Positions 39,124 to 48,499 of a stretch of DNA of 50,638 nt are shown here, in pieces. Both the position numbers and the translations under genes were made by a program. The DNA is from Alphaproteobacteria bacterium (GTDB taxonomy: Bacteria; Pseudomonadota; Alphaproteobacteria; Micavibrionales; Micavibrionaceae). The notes beneath the pieces are model-generated. The model had not been told where the DNA came from, did no database searches, and saw only the letters and a list, made by a program, of their open reading frames with translations. Every line of letters starts with the position of its first letter. Position 1 is the stretch's first letter. Location of the stretch: NCBI GenBank assembly GCA_018063145.1, contig JAGOQV010000001.1, forward strand, positions 1-50,638, in the 5' to 3' direction.

Positions 39124-39930
39124 CTATGCCGTATTGGTTAGGCCCACGCCAACTCGTACGGGTTCAATGGCACTGGCCAATCCCGTTCTATCATCCGTTA
39201 CAACCAAAACACCGCACACCATCGCAACCCCGTCCGCTGGTGTCAGTTTTTCAATTGAAAATTTGCGCGTAAACCGTTGAATGGGGACATCCGTTTTCAT
39301 ACCAATAACGCTGTCATAGTCCCCCGTCATTCCCGCATCAGTCTGAAAAGCCGTTCCCTTTGATAGAACTCGCCCATCGGCAGTTGGCACATGTGTATGA
39401 GTTCCAATCACCGCCGAGACCCGCCCATCGAGAAAGTGTGCCAAAGCTGCTTTCTCGCTACTCGCCTCCCCGTGAAAATCAACAAAAGTTGCTTGTAGAC
39501 TCGGGCCAAGCGGGTTGGCCTGCACTAACTTCGCTAAAGCAGAAAAGGGATCATCCAAAGGATCCATAAACAGACGCGCCATCGCATTGACCACAAGAAT
39601 TTTGCGGCCATCTGGTAAGACGTGTTTATAAGAGCCTTGCCCACCCGTTCCCTCTGGAAAGTTAATGGGGCGGAGCAATCGCGGTTCTTTCTGGATATAA
39701 GGAATAACCTCTCGCTGGTCCCAGACATGGTTACCTGTCGTAATAACATCGACACCTGCGGCAAACATCTCAAAACAAATTTTGTCATTAATGCCAAAGC
39801 CATGCGCGGCGTTTTCGCCGTTCACGATGACAACGTCTGTCGCTAGTTTTTGCTTAAGGCGGGGCAAATGCTCTAGTAAAGCTTCACGTCCCGAACGCCC
39901 GACCACATCTCCGATAAAAAGAATTCTCAT
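39124..39930 (-). CDS. YmdB-like metallophosphoesterase (TIGR00282 family)
   Basis: MRILFIGDVVGRSGR, VVIVNGENAAHGFGI, ITTGNHVWD, DFHGEASSEK, GTHTHVPTAD. Confidence 0.88.
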   Translation of the reverse strand: MRILFIGDVVGRSGREALLEHLPRLKQKLATDVVIVNGENAAHGFGINDKICFEMFAAGVDVITTGNHVWDQREVIPYIQKEPRLLRPINFPEGTGGQGSYKHVLPDGRKILVVNAMARLFMDPLDDPFSALAKLVQANPLGPSLQATFVDFHGEASSEKAALAHFLDGRVSAVIGTHTHVPTADGRVLSKGTAFQTDAGMTGDYDSVIGMKTDVPIQRFTRKFSIEKLTPADGVAMVCGVLVVTDDRTGLASAIEPVRVGVGLTNTA

Positions 39931-39939
39931 CGGACAGCT

Positions 39940-40515
39940 TTAAGTGTTTCGACCACGAAAGTCAAAAACCCTTTGTTCGGTCACAACAATATCCATAGGG
40001 CAGTCATGTTCTTCACGCGGCAATGCCAGAAGACACGCCTGCTCGGCAAAGGCTAACCCTATTTTCAAGATGGGTTTTTCTTCCTCAAGTTTTGTAATGG
40101 TGGCATCATAATGCCCCTTACCGTAGCCAAGGCGATACCCGCACTGGTCAAAGGCCAATAAAGGAATAATAAGAACATCGGGGGAAACATACTCTTTTTC
40201 AAAAGGTTCTAGTATTCCCATTCTTCCTGGAACAAGACCAGAATCGCGTCTCCAGACACAAAAACGCAAAGACCTGTCATCTTCCTGAACGATAGGCAAA
40301 CAAACCGTTATCCCCTTTTGCCAAAGCCTCTCAACAATTACAGAGGGGTCAATTTCAGAGCGTATAGGATAATAAACCGCCACAACAGCAGTACCCGCCA
40401 AAGAGACGACTTCAAAGAAATGATCGGCCGCCTGCCCTGCCCAATCAGGATCAACCTTTATGGCATCACGGTGGCGCGTGGCGTTTTGTCTCACAAAATC
40501 TTTATGCTCGGACAT
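39940..40515 (-). CDS. 5-formyltetrahydrofolate cyclo-ligase
   Basis: VAVYYPIRSEIDP, LIIPLLAFDQCGYRLGYGKGHYD. Confidence 0.88.
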   Translation of the reverse strand: MSEHKDFVRQNATRHRDAIKVDPDWAGQAADHFFEVVSLAGTAVVAVYYPIRSEIDPSVIVERLWQKGITVCLPIVQEDDRSLRFCVWRRDSGLVPGRMGILEPFEKEYVSPDVLIIPLLAFDQCGYRLGYGKGHYDATITKLEEEKPILKIGLAFAEQACLLALPREEHDCPMDIVVTEQRVFDFRGRNT

Positions 40516-40679
40516 ACTTAATGTAATCTCTCTAACAATACGGGCAGCATCCTAATCAAAAATAACGGGAAAACAAGGGGATGAAATTTACTCCTTACTC
40601 ACAAAAATACACTTTGCGTTTGAAAGTAAGAACAATGCCGTCTATAAAAAACGATGAATTGCCCATTTCAGGTAAACAC

Positions 40680-43175
40680 ATGAGTTCTTACAACTTGTTG
40701 TTTTTTCTTTTCCTAACGAGTGTAGCCCTGTTCCCCTTCACGTCGGTACAGGCGGAAGAACTACATGATTCTGGGAAATCAGCATTTCCTGTCCCCCCCC
40801 ATATTGATGCTTACGCCAAATTAGGTAGCGACCGAAGGTTAACCGGAACAGAGGCCTTCCTCCCTTTAAGTTGGAACGGAAAATTTCTGAGCTTTGCCGA
40901 TTTGCGCTTCGTCACCGATGATGCAGATGGACAAGAAGTCAACGCTGGACTAGGGGTCCGACGCGTGTCGGATGACGCCTCTTATATTCTCGGTGGATAC
41001 GGATTTTTGGATAGGCGACGTTCTAGCACAGACCATCTTTACACTCAACTCACTCTCGGAACTGAGTTTCTGACCGAAAACTGGGACTTTCGTGTTAATG
41101 CTTACGCCCCCCTGAGTCAGGAGAAAACTCTGTCCGAAACAACCTTACCCACAGCCCTGTCCTTATCCGGTACAGGAATTATAGCCAGCGGAGGAACATC
41201 GACAAGTAAGGAAAAACCCTTATTCGGAGCAGACTTTGAAGTTGGAACCAAGTTAAGTTTCCTGAACAAAACGATATTTGAGGATACCCGCGCTTATGCA
41301 GGAGCCTACCACTTCGATGCATCAGATGTGGACTCCATGAATGGAACGCGCTTTCGAATCGAAACAGCCCCCCTTGAATGGCTTCGTTTTGGAGCTGAGA
41401 TTCAAAATGATACAATTCGGGGAGAGACAAGCTTTGTAGAGGCTCGCGTACGCTTTCCGCTTGATTTTTGGAATAAATCCGCAAAACAAAAATCTCTACA
41501 ACCCAAAGAAGGTATTTCAAAACGGCTTGATACTCGCATTGTGCGCGATGTGGACGTGGTAACTCAAACGAACGCCCAAGCATTGACACAAACCGAAACA
41601 GTTTTGAACACAACAACCGGCACAGCCCAAAAAATCTACACTGTAGACAACACAGCATCCCCGGGTGGAGACGGAAGTAACGAGCGTCCCTTTACGACAC
41701 TGGCCTCAGCGCAAGCCGCTGCTGCTGCACACGACATAATTTATGTCAGAGCCGGAGATGGCACTACAACTGGCATGAACACAGGAATGACCCTTGCCAA
41801 CACGGGGCAGAAACTTATTGGGTCAGGAACCAATTTGACGTTTGACACGAACATGATGCGTCTCCCCAATATGCCGAGTAATATTTCAAGCGGATCCCTC
41901 ATCAGGGCAGCAACAACTGCCCCCACGATAACCAACGCTGCCGGAAACGGAATTTTTATCACCGGAGACTCAGTCGAAGTTGCGGGATTAAACGTAAGCG
42001 CCGCCAGCAACAACGGAATTTATGCCTATAACGCAGGAAACGTGACCATCCGTGATCTTACAGCAACAGGGAATGCGAATGACGGTATCTTAGTCGAGGC
42101 CAATGGTGCAGGTATAAACCTGACCGGCACAGAAATTGAAAGAGTAAATGCCCTTAACAACCGCAATGGTATTCGTCTCTACGCCCAAACCAACGCAAGT
42201 CTTGCCGCAAAAGTAGAGAGCAGCACAGTAACCAGCAATACCCAACACGGAATTGTAGTTTATGATGACAGCACCGCAGGAAACGTGGATGCCGATCTAG
42301 GCGGGGGATCACAGGACAGTGCAGGGCTTAACTCTATTACTGGCAACACGCACGAAGACCTCGCTCTTGAGGCAGATGGCGCAACGGTTTCAGCAGAAAA
42401 CAACTGGTGGGGTCAAGCGGGAGGCCCCCTCACCACTGACCTTTATCAAGGCACCCCCCTTAACGATGACCTCGTGATGCACTGGACTTTTGACAACGGC
42501 ACAGCAACAGACCGTTCAGGCAACGGTTATAACGGCACATTAATCAACAGCCCAACTCCCTCCTCTGGAGCCCTTGACTTCAACAACCCTGCAGACAGTG
42601 AATCTGTGCAAGGCGTTGACGTCAACGAAAGCGACACGGGCAACGAACTGTCAGTGTTTCTGCGCATCCGTCCCGACAGCTTGATTACAACCCAAACCGT
42701 GCTTTCAAAATGGGAATACACAAACGGAGGGGCAGAAAATTCATGGGGTATGCGGGCCGCCAATGCTGATGCAACAAATTTTATCTTTTTTGTCGCCGCG
42801 AATGGGGATGCCGGAAACAACTACTTTGTGACCAGCGACCTTGCTCTGACAACGGGAGTGTGGACGAATATCGGTTTTGTTTATAACGGCGCAGGAGTTG
42901 CTAACACAGATAAATTGAAAACGTTCAAAAATTCTGTACAGATGAATGGAGCGTTTTTTGGAACAATCCCCTCCGTACTTCATGCCTCCACCCAGCCTAT
43001 TCTGGCGGCCTATCCACTGATCAACAACCCTGCTTTTGCCCAGCATTTTGATGGACAGATAGACGATGTCCGCATCTACAATCGCGCCTTGTCTACCCCT
43101 GAAATTGCCGAAATCCATCGCATGGACACAACCAGCACCATAAATACAACAGGATCGCTGTCTTCCGCCCCATAA
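40680..43175 (+). CDS. Inverse-autotransporter-like outer membrane protein: N-terminal intimin/invasin-type beta-barrel, right-handed beta-helix (PbH1-like) passenger, C-terminal LamG_3 module
   Basis: Signal MSSYNLLFFLFLTSVALFPFTSVQA. Barrel segment EAFLPLSWNGKFLSFADLRF...NAGLGVRRV...ILGGYGFLDRR...TQLTLGTEFLTENWDFRVNAYAPLS parallels the invasin beta-domain pattern (LLPL..LFTQGGLR..LNLGLGQR..MLGYNAFYD..RLGLGAE.W.DYLKLSANGY). Beta-helix repeats NNGIYAYNAGNVTIRDLTATGNANDGILVEANG...NRNGIRLY...TQHGIVVYD. LamG block MHWTFDNGTATDRSGNGYNGTL...GQIDDVRIYNRALSTPEIAEI. Longer ORF starts at 40581 or 40635 are possible. Confidence 0.75.
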   Translation: MSSYNLLFFLFLTSVALFPFTSVQAEELHDSGKSAFPVPPHIDAYAKLGSDRRLTGTEAFLPLSWNGKFLSFADLRFVTDDADGQEVNAGLGVRRVSDDASYILGGYGFLDRRRSSTDHLYTQLTLGTEFLTENWDFRVNAYAPLSQEKTLSETTLPTALSLSGTGIIASGGTSTSKEKPLFGADFEVGTKLSFLNKTIFEDTRAYAGAYHFDASDVDSMNGTRFRIETAPLEWLRFGAEIQNDTIRGETSFVEARVRFPLDFWNKSAKQKSLQPKEGISKRLDTRIVRDVDVVTQTNAQALTQTETVLNTTTGTAQKIYTVDNTASPGGDGSNERPFTTLASAQAAAAAHDIIYVRAGDGTTTGMNTGMTLANTGQKLIGSGTNLTFDTNMMRLPNMPSNISSGSLIRAATTAPTITNAAGNGIFITGDSVEVAGLNVSAASNNGIYAYNAGNVTIRDLTATGNANDGILVEANGAGINLTGTEIERVNALNNRNGIRLYAQTNASLAAKVESSTVTSNTQHGIVVYDDSTAGNVDADLGGGSQDSAGLNSITGNTHEDLALEADGATVSAENNWWGQAGGPLTTDLYQGTPLNDDLVMHWTFDNGTATDRSGNGYNGTLINSPTPSSGALDFNNPADSESVQGVDVNESDTGNELSVFLRIRPDSLITTQTVLSKWEYTNGGAENSWGMRAANADATNFIFFVAANGDAGNNYFVTSDLALTTGVWTNIGFVYNGAGVANTDKLKTFKNSVQMNGAFFGTIPSVLHASTQPILAAYPLINNPAFAQHFDGQIDDVRIYNRALSTPEIAEIHRMDTTSTINTTGSLSSAP

Positions 43176-43182
43176 AAAAACG

Positions 43183-43352
43183 AAAAGGTGGATACCGCAC
43201 AGGCCGTGTACGCGAAATATCCTCGATGACCCTGTTAGTCAGGTGGGCACCATATGTCCGAAACCACGGCTCCGGCAGGGACAGTTCCCAATCGAGAATG
43301 TATCGGTCAGTGGGATAATAGCATATCACGCACCCAGCAGTATCCGCTGGCA
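43183..43352 (-). ncRNA. ssrS: Candidate 6S RNA
   Basis: The non-coding gap immediately downstream of zapA is the classical ssrS position. The minus-strand transcript GCGGAUACUGCUGGGUGCGUGAUAUGCUAUUAUCCCACUGACCGAUACAUUCUCGAU...CAGGGUCAUCGAGGAUAUUUCGCGUACACGGCCUGUGCGGUAUCCACCUUUUCGUUUUU forms a long interrupted closing stem (GGAUAC/GUAUCC, GUGCGUG/CGUACAC, UAUCC/GGAUA). The central strand UGACCGAUA resembles E. coli 6S UGAGCCGAUAU. The 3' end is U-rich. Ends are approximate. Confidence 0.55.
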
Positions 43353-43377
43353 GCTATAGCCTATTTTCAAAGAAAAA

Positions 43378-43743
43378 TCAGGTTTTTTGTGCGCGCTCGG
43401 TCATTTTCTCGACTTTAGTAGCCATTCGACCAATCGCCACTGTCAACTCCTGCTCATCCCGAGGAGAAAGCCCTTGATAAAAAATCTGTTTTGGTTCGCT
43501 TGAAAGCTGCTGATTGGTCACTGTAACTTTTTGCAGATGTTCGCGAGATTCAAAAATTTCATCCGCTAAATGCAAAGCCGTCAGGACCATAAGCTGTGCC
43601 TTGTTGCCACTCCCGAGAGAGGCTCCGATTTCCTTGATCCGTGTGTCAATATAGGTCCCGAGCTGCTGCACGCGCCGCTCCTGCCCATCGTCACAGGCAA
43701 TGCCATAGGTCCGGCCATCAATTACAAGATTCACTTCCGCCAT
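43378..43743 (-). CDS. zapA: Cell division protein ZapA
   Basis: VNLVIDGRTYGIACDDGQERRVQQLGTYID, MVLTALHLADEI. Confidence 0.85.
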   Translation of the reverse strand: MAEVNLVIDGRTYGIACDDGQERRVQQLGTYIDTRIKEIGASLGSGNKAQLMVLTALHLADEIFESREHLQKVTVTNQQLSSEPKQIFYQGLSPRDEQELTVAIGRMATKVEKMTERAQKT

Positions 43744-43759
43744 ATTAAATCCCCTACCT

Positions 43760-44071
43760 CTAAGCCCCTGCTTCGCGCAGAATGCGCTGCACCTTATCGA
43801 TTGTCGAATCCAGCTTCCCTGCCAAGATCAAAGCATTTTCTCTTTGCTTTTTGTCGTTAGCAGCTTTTTCAGCTCCGGTTGTCCAACCGCCAAACAGGTC
43901 ATTCTGGCTAGACGCCGCTTTCCCTGTGGGCGTCAGCTTGGCTTTTTGCTCGGCCTGAGCTTGGGCAAGTGCCTGTTTATGAGCAAGTTCCTGCTGCACC
44001 AAAGCCTGTTCCAGTTGGTCAATCTGAGAGCCCAAATACCCTAAATGTTCATAGATATTTTCGATGGCCAC
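43760..44071 (-). CDS. Coiled-coil protein upstream of zapA (DUF4164 / ZauP-like)
   Basis: 103-aa heptad-rich protein (LGSQIDQLEQALVQQELAHKQALAQAQAEQKA...LDSTIDKVQRILREA). Sits directly upstream of zapA, as ZauP does in Caulobacter. The call rests mainly on position. Confidence 0.5.
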   Translation of the reverse strand: MAIENIYEHLGYLGSQIDQLEQALVQQELAHKQALAQAQAEQKAKLTPTGKAASSQNDLFGGWTTGAEKAANDKKQRENALILAGKLDSTIDKVQRILREAGA

Positions 44072-44280
44072 GGCCTACCCTCCCACTCAATTCAGGTATT
44101 TCTTCTACGCAGTCGATTTCCAATCTATCAAGGCAAACAAGAAAGGGTCAATATATCAATAAAACTTATACCCACATCTTAGGGAAACGGCCTTTGGCAT
44201 AGATTGGATAATAAACATTGACATAAGAAAGAAAAAACTGTAACCATCGGTAAAATAAAATTCAAGAGGAAAATGGTCAA

Positions 44281-45150
44281 ATGAGCAACACAGTCGCAGC
44301 TTTTGGAAATGCCGCAGGAGAAACCGAACTCCCAACCCAGCACTGGACCACTTATCTAACACTTGAGGCCGCAGAAAAGCCCTCTTTCTTCAAATTTATG
44401 CGTCAGGTGGCATTGACAGAACGCCACAGCAAAAACCAACCTGAGAAAAGCGACGAGGCTTTTGCCCATGAAGATATTCCTAACTGGAGCATGGCAGGAA
44501 TTATTTATTCTCTGGCTAAAAATAGAGCTCAAAACTTTGATGATTATGCCCAAGCTCTCCCCCTTGACAAGGTTTTGGAGGCAGGTATCCCCATTGATAT
44601 TTGCAGCGAAGACGACAATATAACGGCTCTGCATCTAGTGTCCTATAGTACCCGGGTAGACAATCCCTTGGCAAGAGAGACGGCAGAAATTCTTTTGAGC
44701 AAAGGAGCTCGCCTTGATGCCCGGGATGAGGCAGGCAACACCCCGTTGTCTAAGGCGGCAAGCTTTCAGGATAGAGCCTCGCTTATCCAATTTTTTCTTG
44801 AGAAGGGGGCTGACGTAAATAACCAAGATAGAAAGGGGAAAACTCCTCTTTCTGAGGCAGCTTACTGGCAATCTGGCGATGAATTCTTCTTGAATACAAT
44901 AAAACGTTTTGCCTCTCACCGGAAGATGGACTGGACATTGCCAGGCAACACTCAAAAACCGATCGAAACCTTGAAACGACTAATTAATGATGAGAAAAAT
45001 GACGTCAAGAAAATTAGATTTCAGGCCGCTCTGAGCCTCATTCAAGAACCCCTCATCGCCCATCTTCAACAGCAATTGGCTCAACAACAACGGCTCCCCG
45101 AAGGACCAGCCTCCACCCCAACTGCATTAGGCGACAGAGCCCCGTCATAA
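44281..45150 (+). CDS. Ankyrin-repeat protein
   Basis: ANK consensus elements: ITALHLVS...ILLSKGARLDARDEAGNTPLSKAA...FFLEKGADVNNQDRKGKTPLSEAA. No signal peptide. Gln-rich C-terminus. Confidence 0.8.
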   Translation: MSNTVAAFGNAAGETELPTQHWTTYLTLEAAEKPSFFKFMRQVALTERHSKNQPEKSDEAFAHEDIPNWSMAGIIYSLAKNRAQNFDDYAQALPLDKVLEAGIPIDICSEDDNITALHLVSYSTRVDNPLARETAEILLSKGARLDARDEAGNTPLSKAASFQDRASLIQFFLEKGADVNNQDRKGKTPLSEAAYWQSGDEFFLNTIKRFASHRKMDWTLPGNTQKPIETLKRLINDEKNDVKKIRFQAALSLIQEPLIAHLQQQLAQQQRLPEGPASTPTALGDRAPS

Positions 45151-45241
45151 CCCTTTGGGGAAAACCATCTTGACCTCTGCGCCGCAGGGGGGCATTGTAC
45201 GGACAAATCACAGAAAATTTGTCTTAAGGAGAGCCCCTTTC

Positions 45242-47248
45242 ATGACCGCTGTTGCCGCCCAGAATCCAACCCCTTCTCCCAAGCCCTCCTGCTCCCTTAT
45301 GGCCAATGCCATACGGTTTCTGGCCGCCGATGCCGTGGACAAGGCCAATTCAGGCCACCCGGGGATGCCAATGGGTATGGCCGATGTTGCCACCGTCCTC
45401 TTTCAGAAGCATTTGAAATTCGACCCTAAAAACCCGCTTTGGCCGGACCGTGACCGCTTCATCCTTTCGGGCGGTCATGGGTCTATGTTGCTTTATGCTC
45501 TGGCCTATTTGACCGGATACGACCGCATGACGATAGAGGAAATTAAAAACTTCCGGCAGCTTCACTCTCTCACTGCGGGCCACCCCGAAGTCATGCAAGA
45601 CGTTGGAATTGAAATGACCACCGGCCCCTTGGGTCAAGGGATTGCAACCGCCGTAGGTTTTGCCTTGGCTGAGCGGATGCAAAATGCCCGCTTTGGAACA
45701 GACCTCGTGAATCACACCACCTATGTCATGTGCGGCGATGGGGATATGATGGAGGGCATCAGCCATGAGGCCTGTTCTTTTGCCGGACACTTGCAACTGT
45801 CCAAACTGATTGTTTTGTACGATGACAACCAAATCTCGATTGATGGCCCGACATCTCTTTCCTTCACCGAAGACACCTTGAAAAGGTTTGAATCTTATGG
45901 ATGGAAAACGGAGCGTATTGATGGACATGACCCCGCCGCCATTGATAAAGCCCTGAGCGAAGCCCAAAAAAGTGACCGTCCGGTTTTGATCGCGTGCCGC
46001 ACGAAGATTGGCTTTGGGGCTCCGAATAAGCAAGGTACTTCGGGCGTTCACGGTTCCCCCCTTGGAGCGGAAGAAACCGCCGCGGCGCGAGTGAACCTCA
46101 ATTGGCCCCATGCCCCTTTTGAAATTCCCACCGAGATTCTTCACGAATGGCGAAGTGTTGGAACACGAGGCCAGCTTGAGAGTCATGCATGGTCAAAACG
46201 CTTGGCAGCTTCGTCACAAAAAGCTGCGTTTGAAAAATCTCTGGACCCCGATGTTTCAGATGTAGCTGTCCATATTCTCAATCAGGTGGGTCAAACTTTT
46301 CTTCAAGACCGCCCCAAAATGGCGACCCGCGCCACGTCTGGAAAAGTTCTGGAAGCTCTGGTTCCTCAATTACCCCAACTGATCGGCGGCTCTGCAGACC
46401 TTACCCCTTCCAACAATACCAAAGTCAAAGGCCCTGAAGTCATCTCCGCCGCGAACGGATATAAAGGACAATATCTCCATTACGGCGTGCGCGAGTTCGC
46501 TATGTGTACCATCATGAATGGCTTGGCCTTGCATGGCGGTTTTATCCCCTATGGCGGAACATTCCTCAGCTTCACCGATTATTGCCGCCCCGCCATTCGA
46601 CTGGCCGCCTTGATGAAACTGCGCGTAATCTATGTCATGACTCATGACTCGATTGGCCTCGGCGAAGATGGCCCCACCCATCAACCTGTTGAACATCTCG
46701 CTGCTTTGCGCTGCATTCCTAACCTCAAAGTTTTTCGGCCCTGTGATGGAGTAGAAACCGCCGAATGCTGGGGGGAAGCCCTTGGCAATACCTCTGGCCC
46801 TTCGGTTTTGGTTCTAAGCCGCCAGAATCTTCCCACTTTCCGGCTTGATAACGATAATAAATCCTCTCGCGGGGCCTATATCCTTTCCCCTGCCGAAAAT
46901 ACGCCAAAGGCCGTTTTGTTTGCCACTGGCTCGGAAGTTGAAATCGCCATGAAAGCCCAAACTCTTCTCAAAGAAAAAGGCATCGATTCTCAGGTTGTGT
47001 CTGTTCCATCCTTTGAGCTTTTCCGCACCCAGAATGCCACCTACCGCGACTCCGTTCTTGGCCCTTCCTCGGCCATCAAAATCGCGATAGAAGCCGCTGT
47101 CCGCCAAGGCTGGGATGAGCTTATCGGAACAAATGGAGAGTTTATCGGTATGAAAAGCTTTGGGGAATCTGCTCCGGCTGATGTTCTCTACAAACACTTT
47201 GGCATCACCGCTGAGGCTGTAGTTGAGGCTGTCACAAAAAGGGTGTAA
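45242..47248 (+). CDS. tkt: Transketolase
   Basis: ANSGHPGMPMGMADV, ILSGGHGSMLLY, GDGDMMEGISHEA, HDSIGLGEDGPTHQP. RBS aaggagag upstream of the ATG at 45242. Confidence 0.95.
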   Translation: MTAVAAQNPTPSPKPSCSLMANAIRFLAADAVDKANSGHPGMPMGMADVATVLFQKHLKFDPKNPLWPDRDRFILSGGHGSMLLYALAYLTGYDRMTIEEIKNFRQLHSLTAGHPEVMQDVGIEMTTGPLGQGIATAVGFALAERMQNARFGTDLVNHTTYVMCGDGDMMEGISHEACSFAGHLQLSKLIVLYDDNQISIDGPTSLSFTEDTLKRFESYGWKTERIDGHDPAAIDKALSEAQKSDRPVLIACRTKIGFGAPNKQGTSGVHGSPLGAEETAAARVNLNWPHAPFEIPTEILHEWRSVGTRGQLESHAWSKRLAASSQKAAFEKSLDPDVSDVAVHILNQVGQTFLQDRPKMATRATSGKVLEALVPQLPQLIGGSADLTPSNNTKVKGPEVISAANGYKGQYLHYGVREFAMCTIMNGLALHGGFIPYGGTFLSFTDYCRPAIRLAALMKLRVIYVMTHDSIGLGEDGPTHQPVEHLAALRCIPNLKVFRPCDGVETAECWGEALGNTSGPSVLVLSRQNLPTFRLDNDNKSSRGAYILSPAENTPKAVLFATGSEVEIAMKAQTLLKEKGIDSQVVSVPSFELFRTQNATYRDSVLGPSSAIKIAIEAAVRQGWDELIGTNGEFIGMKSFGESAPADVLYKHFGITAEAVVEAVTKRV

Positions 47249-47345
47249 GACCCTGAATCGTTGAGAGTTTTGTCTGGATAAATTTTTCACTTGGGATTAA
47301 ACATCTTGCGTATTTTGCGTTCAAAATTTGAAGGAGACTAAAATC

Positions 47346-48359
47346 ATGACTACAAAAGTTGCCATTAACGGGTTTGGACGGATTGGCCGTCTGGTCTGCC
47401 GCGCTTTGTATGAATCTGGCCGCACAGATATTGAACTGGTGGCCATCAACGACTTGGCCGATGTGAAGACCAACGCCCATCTTCTCAAATATGACTCGGT
47501 TCATGGCCGTTCAAATTTTGACGTGGCCCCTGATGGAACCGACGGCATTATCATTGCCGGAAAACGGGTCAAGGCTTTTCAAATCAAAGACCCTGCCCAA
47601 ATCCCTTGGAAAGAAGTTGGAGCCGATATTATTCTTGAATGCTCTGGTGTCTTCACCGAACGGGCCAAAGCTGAATTGCACTTCCAAGGTGGCGCGAAAA
47701 AAGTTCTCATCTCTGCTCCAGCTACAGATGAAGACATCACGGTTGTATATGGTGTGAACTCGGACAAACTGACCAAGGATCACCGCATTGTTTCGAACGC
47801 CTCATGTACCACCAACTGCCTTGCTCCTGTAGCCTATGCCATTGATAAGGCCGTAGGTCTTGAACACGGCTTCATGACCACTATCCACAGCTATACTGGC
47901 GATCAACGCATTGTGGACACGATGCATAAAGACCTGCACCGCGCCCGCGCTGCTGCGCTGAACATGATCCCAACATCCACGGGTGCTGCCAAAGCTGTTG
48001 GCAAAGTTTTGCCCAACCTCAAAGGAAAACTGGATGGCGTGGCTATCCGCGTTCCAACTCCGAATGTCTCGCTGGTCGATTTGAAATTTGTTGCCAAACG
48101 GGCGACAACAGTTGAAGAAATCAACGCCGCTGTTAAATCTGCTGCGGATAATGAACTGAAGGGCATTCTCGGCTACTACGAAGAAGAATTGGTCTCCAGC
48201 GACTTCAACCATGATGCCCGTTCTTCGATTTTCTCGATAGCGGGGACCAAAGTCATTGACGGGACAATGGTTCGCATCATGTCGTGGTACGACAATGAAT
48301 GGGGCTTTTCGAACCGGATGCTCGATACCGCTGTTTTGATGAACAAAGTGGGGTATTAG
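47346..48359 (+). CDS. gap: Type I glyceraldehyde-3-phosphate dehydrogenase
   Basis: KVAINGFGRIGR, SNASCTTNCLAP, WYDNEWGFSNRM. RBS aaggag upstream of the ATG at 47346. Confidence 0.96.
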   Translation: MTTKVAINGFGRIGRLVCRALYESGRTDIELVAINDLADVKTNAHLLKYDSVHGRSNFDVAPDGTDGIIIAGKRVKAFQIKDPAQIPWKEVGADIILECSGVFTERAKAELHFQGGAKKVLISAPATDEDITVVYGVNSDKLTKDHRIVSNASCTTNCLAPVAYAIDKAVGLEHGFMTTIHSYTGDQRIVDTMHKDLHRARAAALNMIPTSTGAAKAVGKVLPNLKGKLDGVAIRVPTPNVSLVDLKFVAKRATTVEEINAAVKSAADNELKGILGYYEEELVSSDFNHDARSSIFSIAGTKVIDGTMVRIMSWYDNEWGFSNRMLDTAVLMNKVGY

Positions 48360-48391
48360 CCCCCTGCCTCGTCTTTTCTCAGCTCTTTTCA

Positions 48392-48427
48392 AACACCCCC
48401 CGCCCTTAAAAGTCGGGGGGTGTTTTT
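48392..48427 (+). terminator. Rho-independent terminator after gap
   Basis: aacaccccccg-cccttaaaagt-cggggggtgtt followed by ttt. Confidence 0.8.
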
Positions 48428-48499
48428 GGGGGTCTATCCCAAACATTTACGTTTATAAGATATAATGAACAAAAACCCCGTCAGAAGGAAACGGGAAAC

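Noticed and set aside
40516-40679. TTAA-containing stretch (cttaatgtaatctctctaac) in the divergent promoter region, considered as a CtrA box.
   Set aside because: The spacing between half-sites is 11 nt rather than the TTAA-N7-TTAA(C) of the CtrA consensus.
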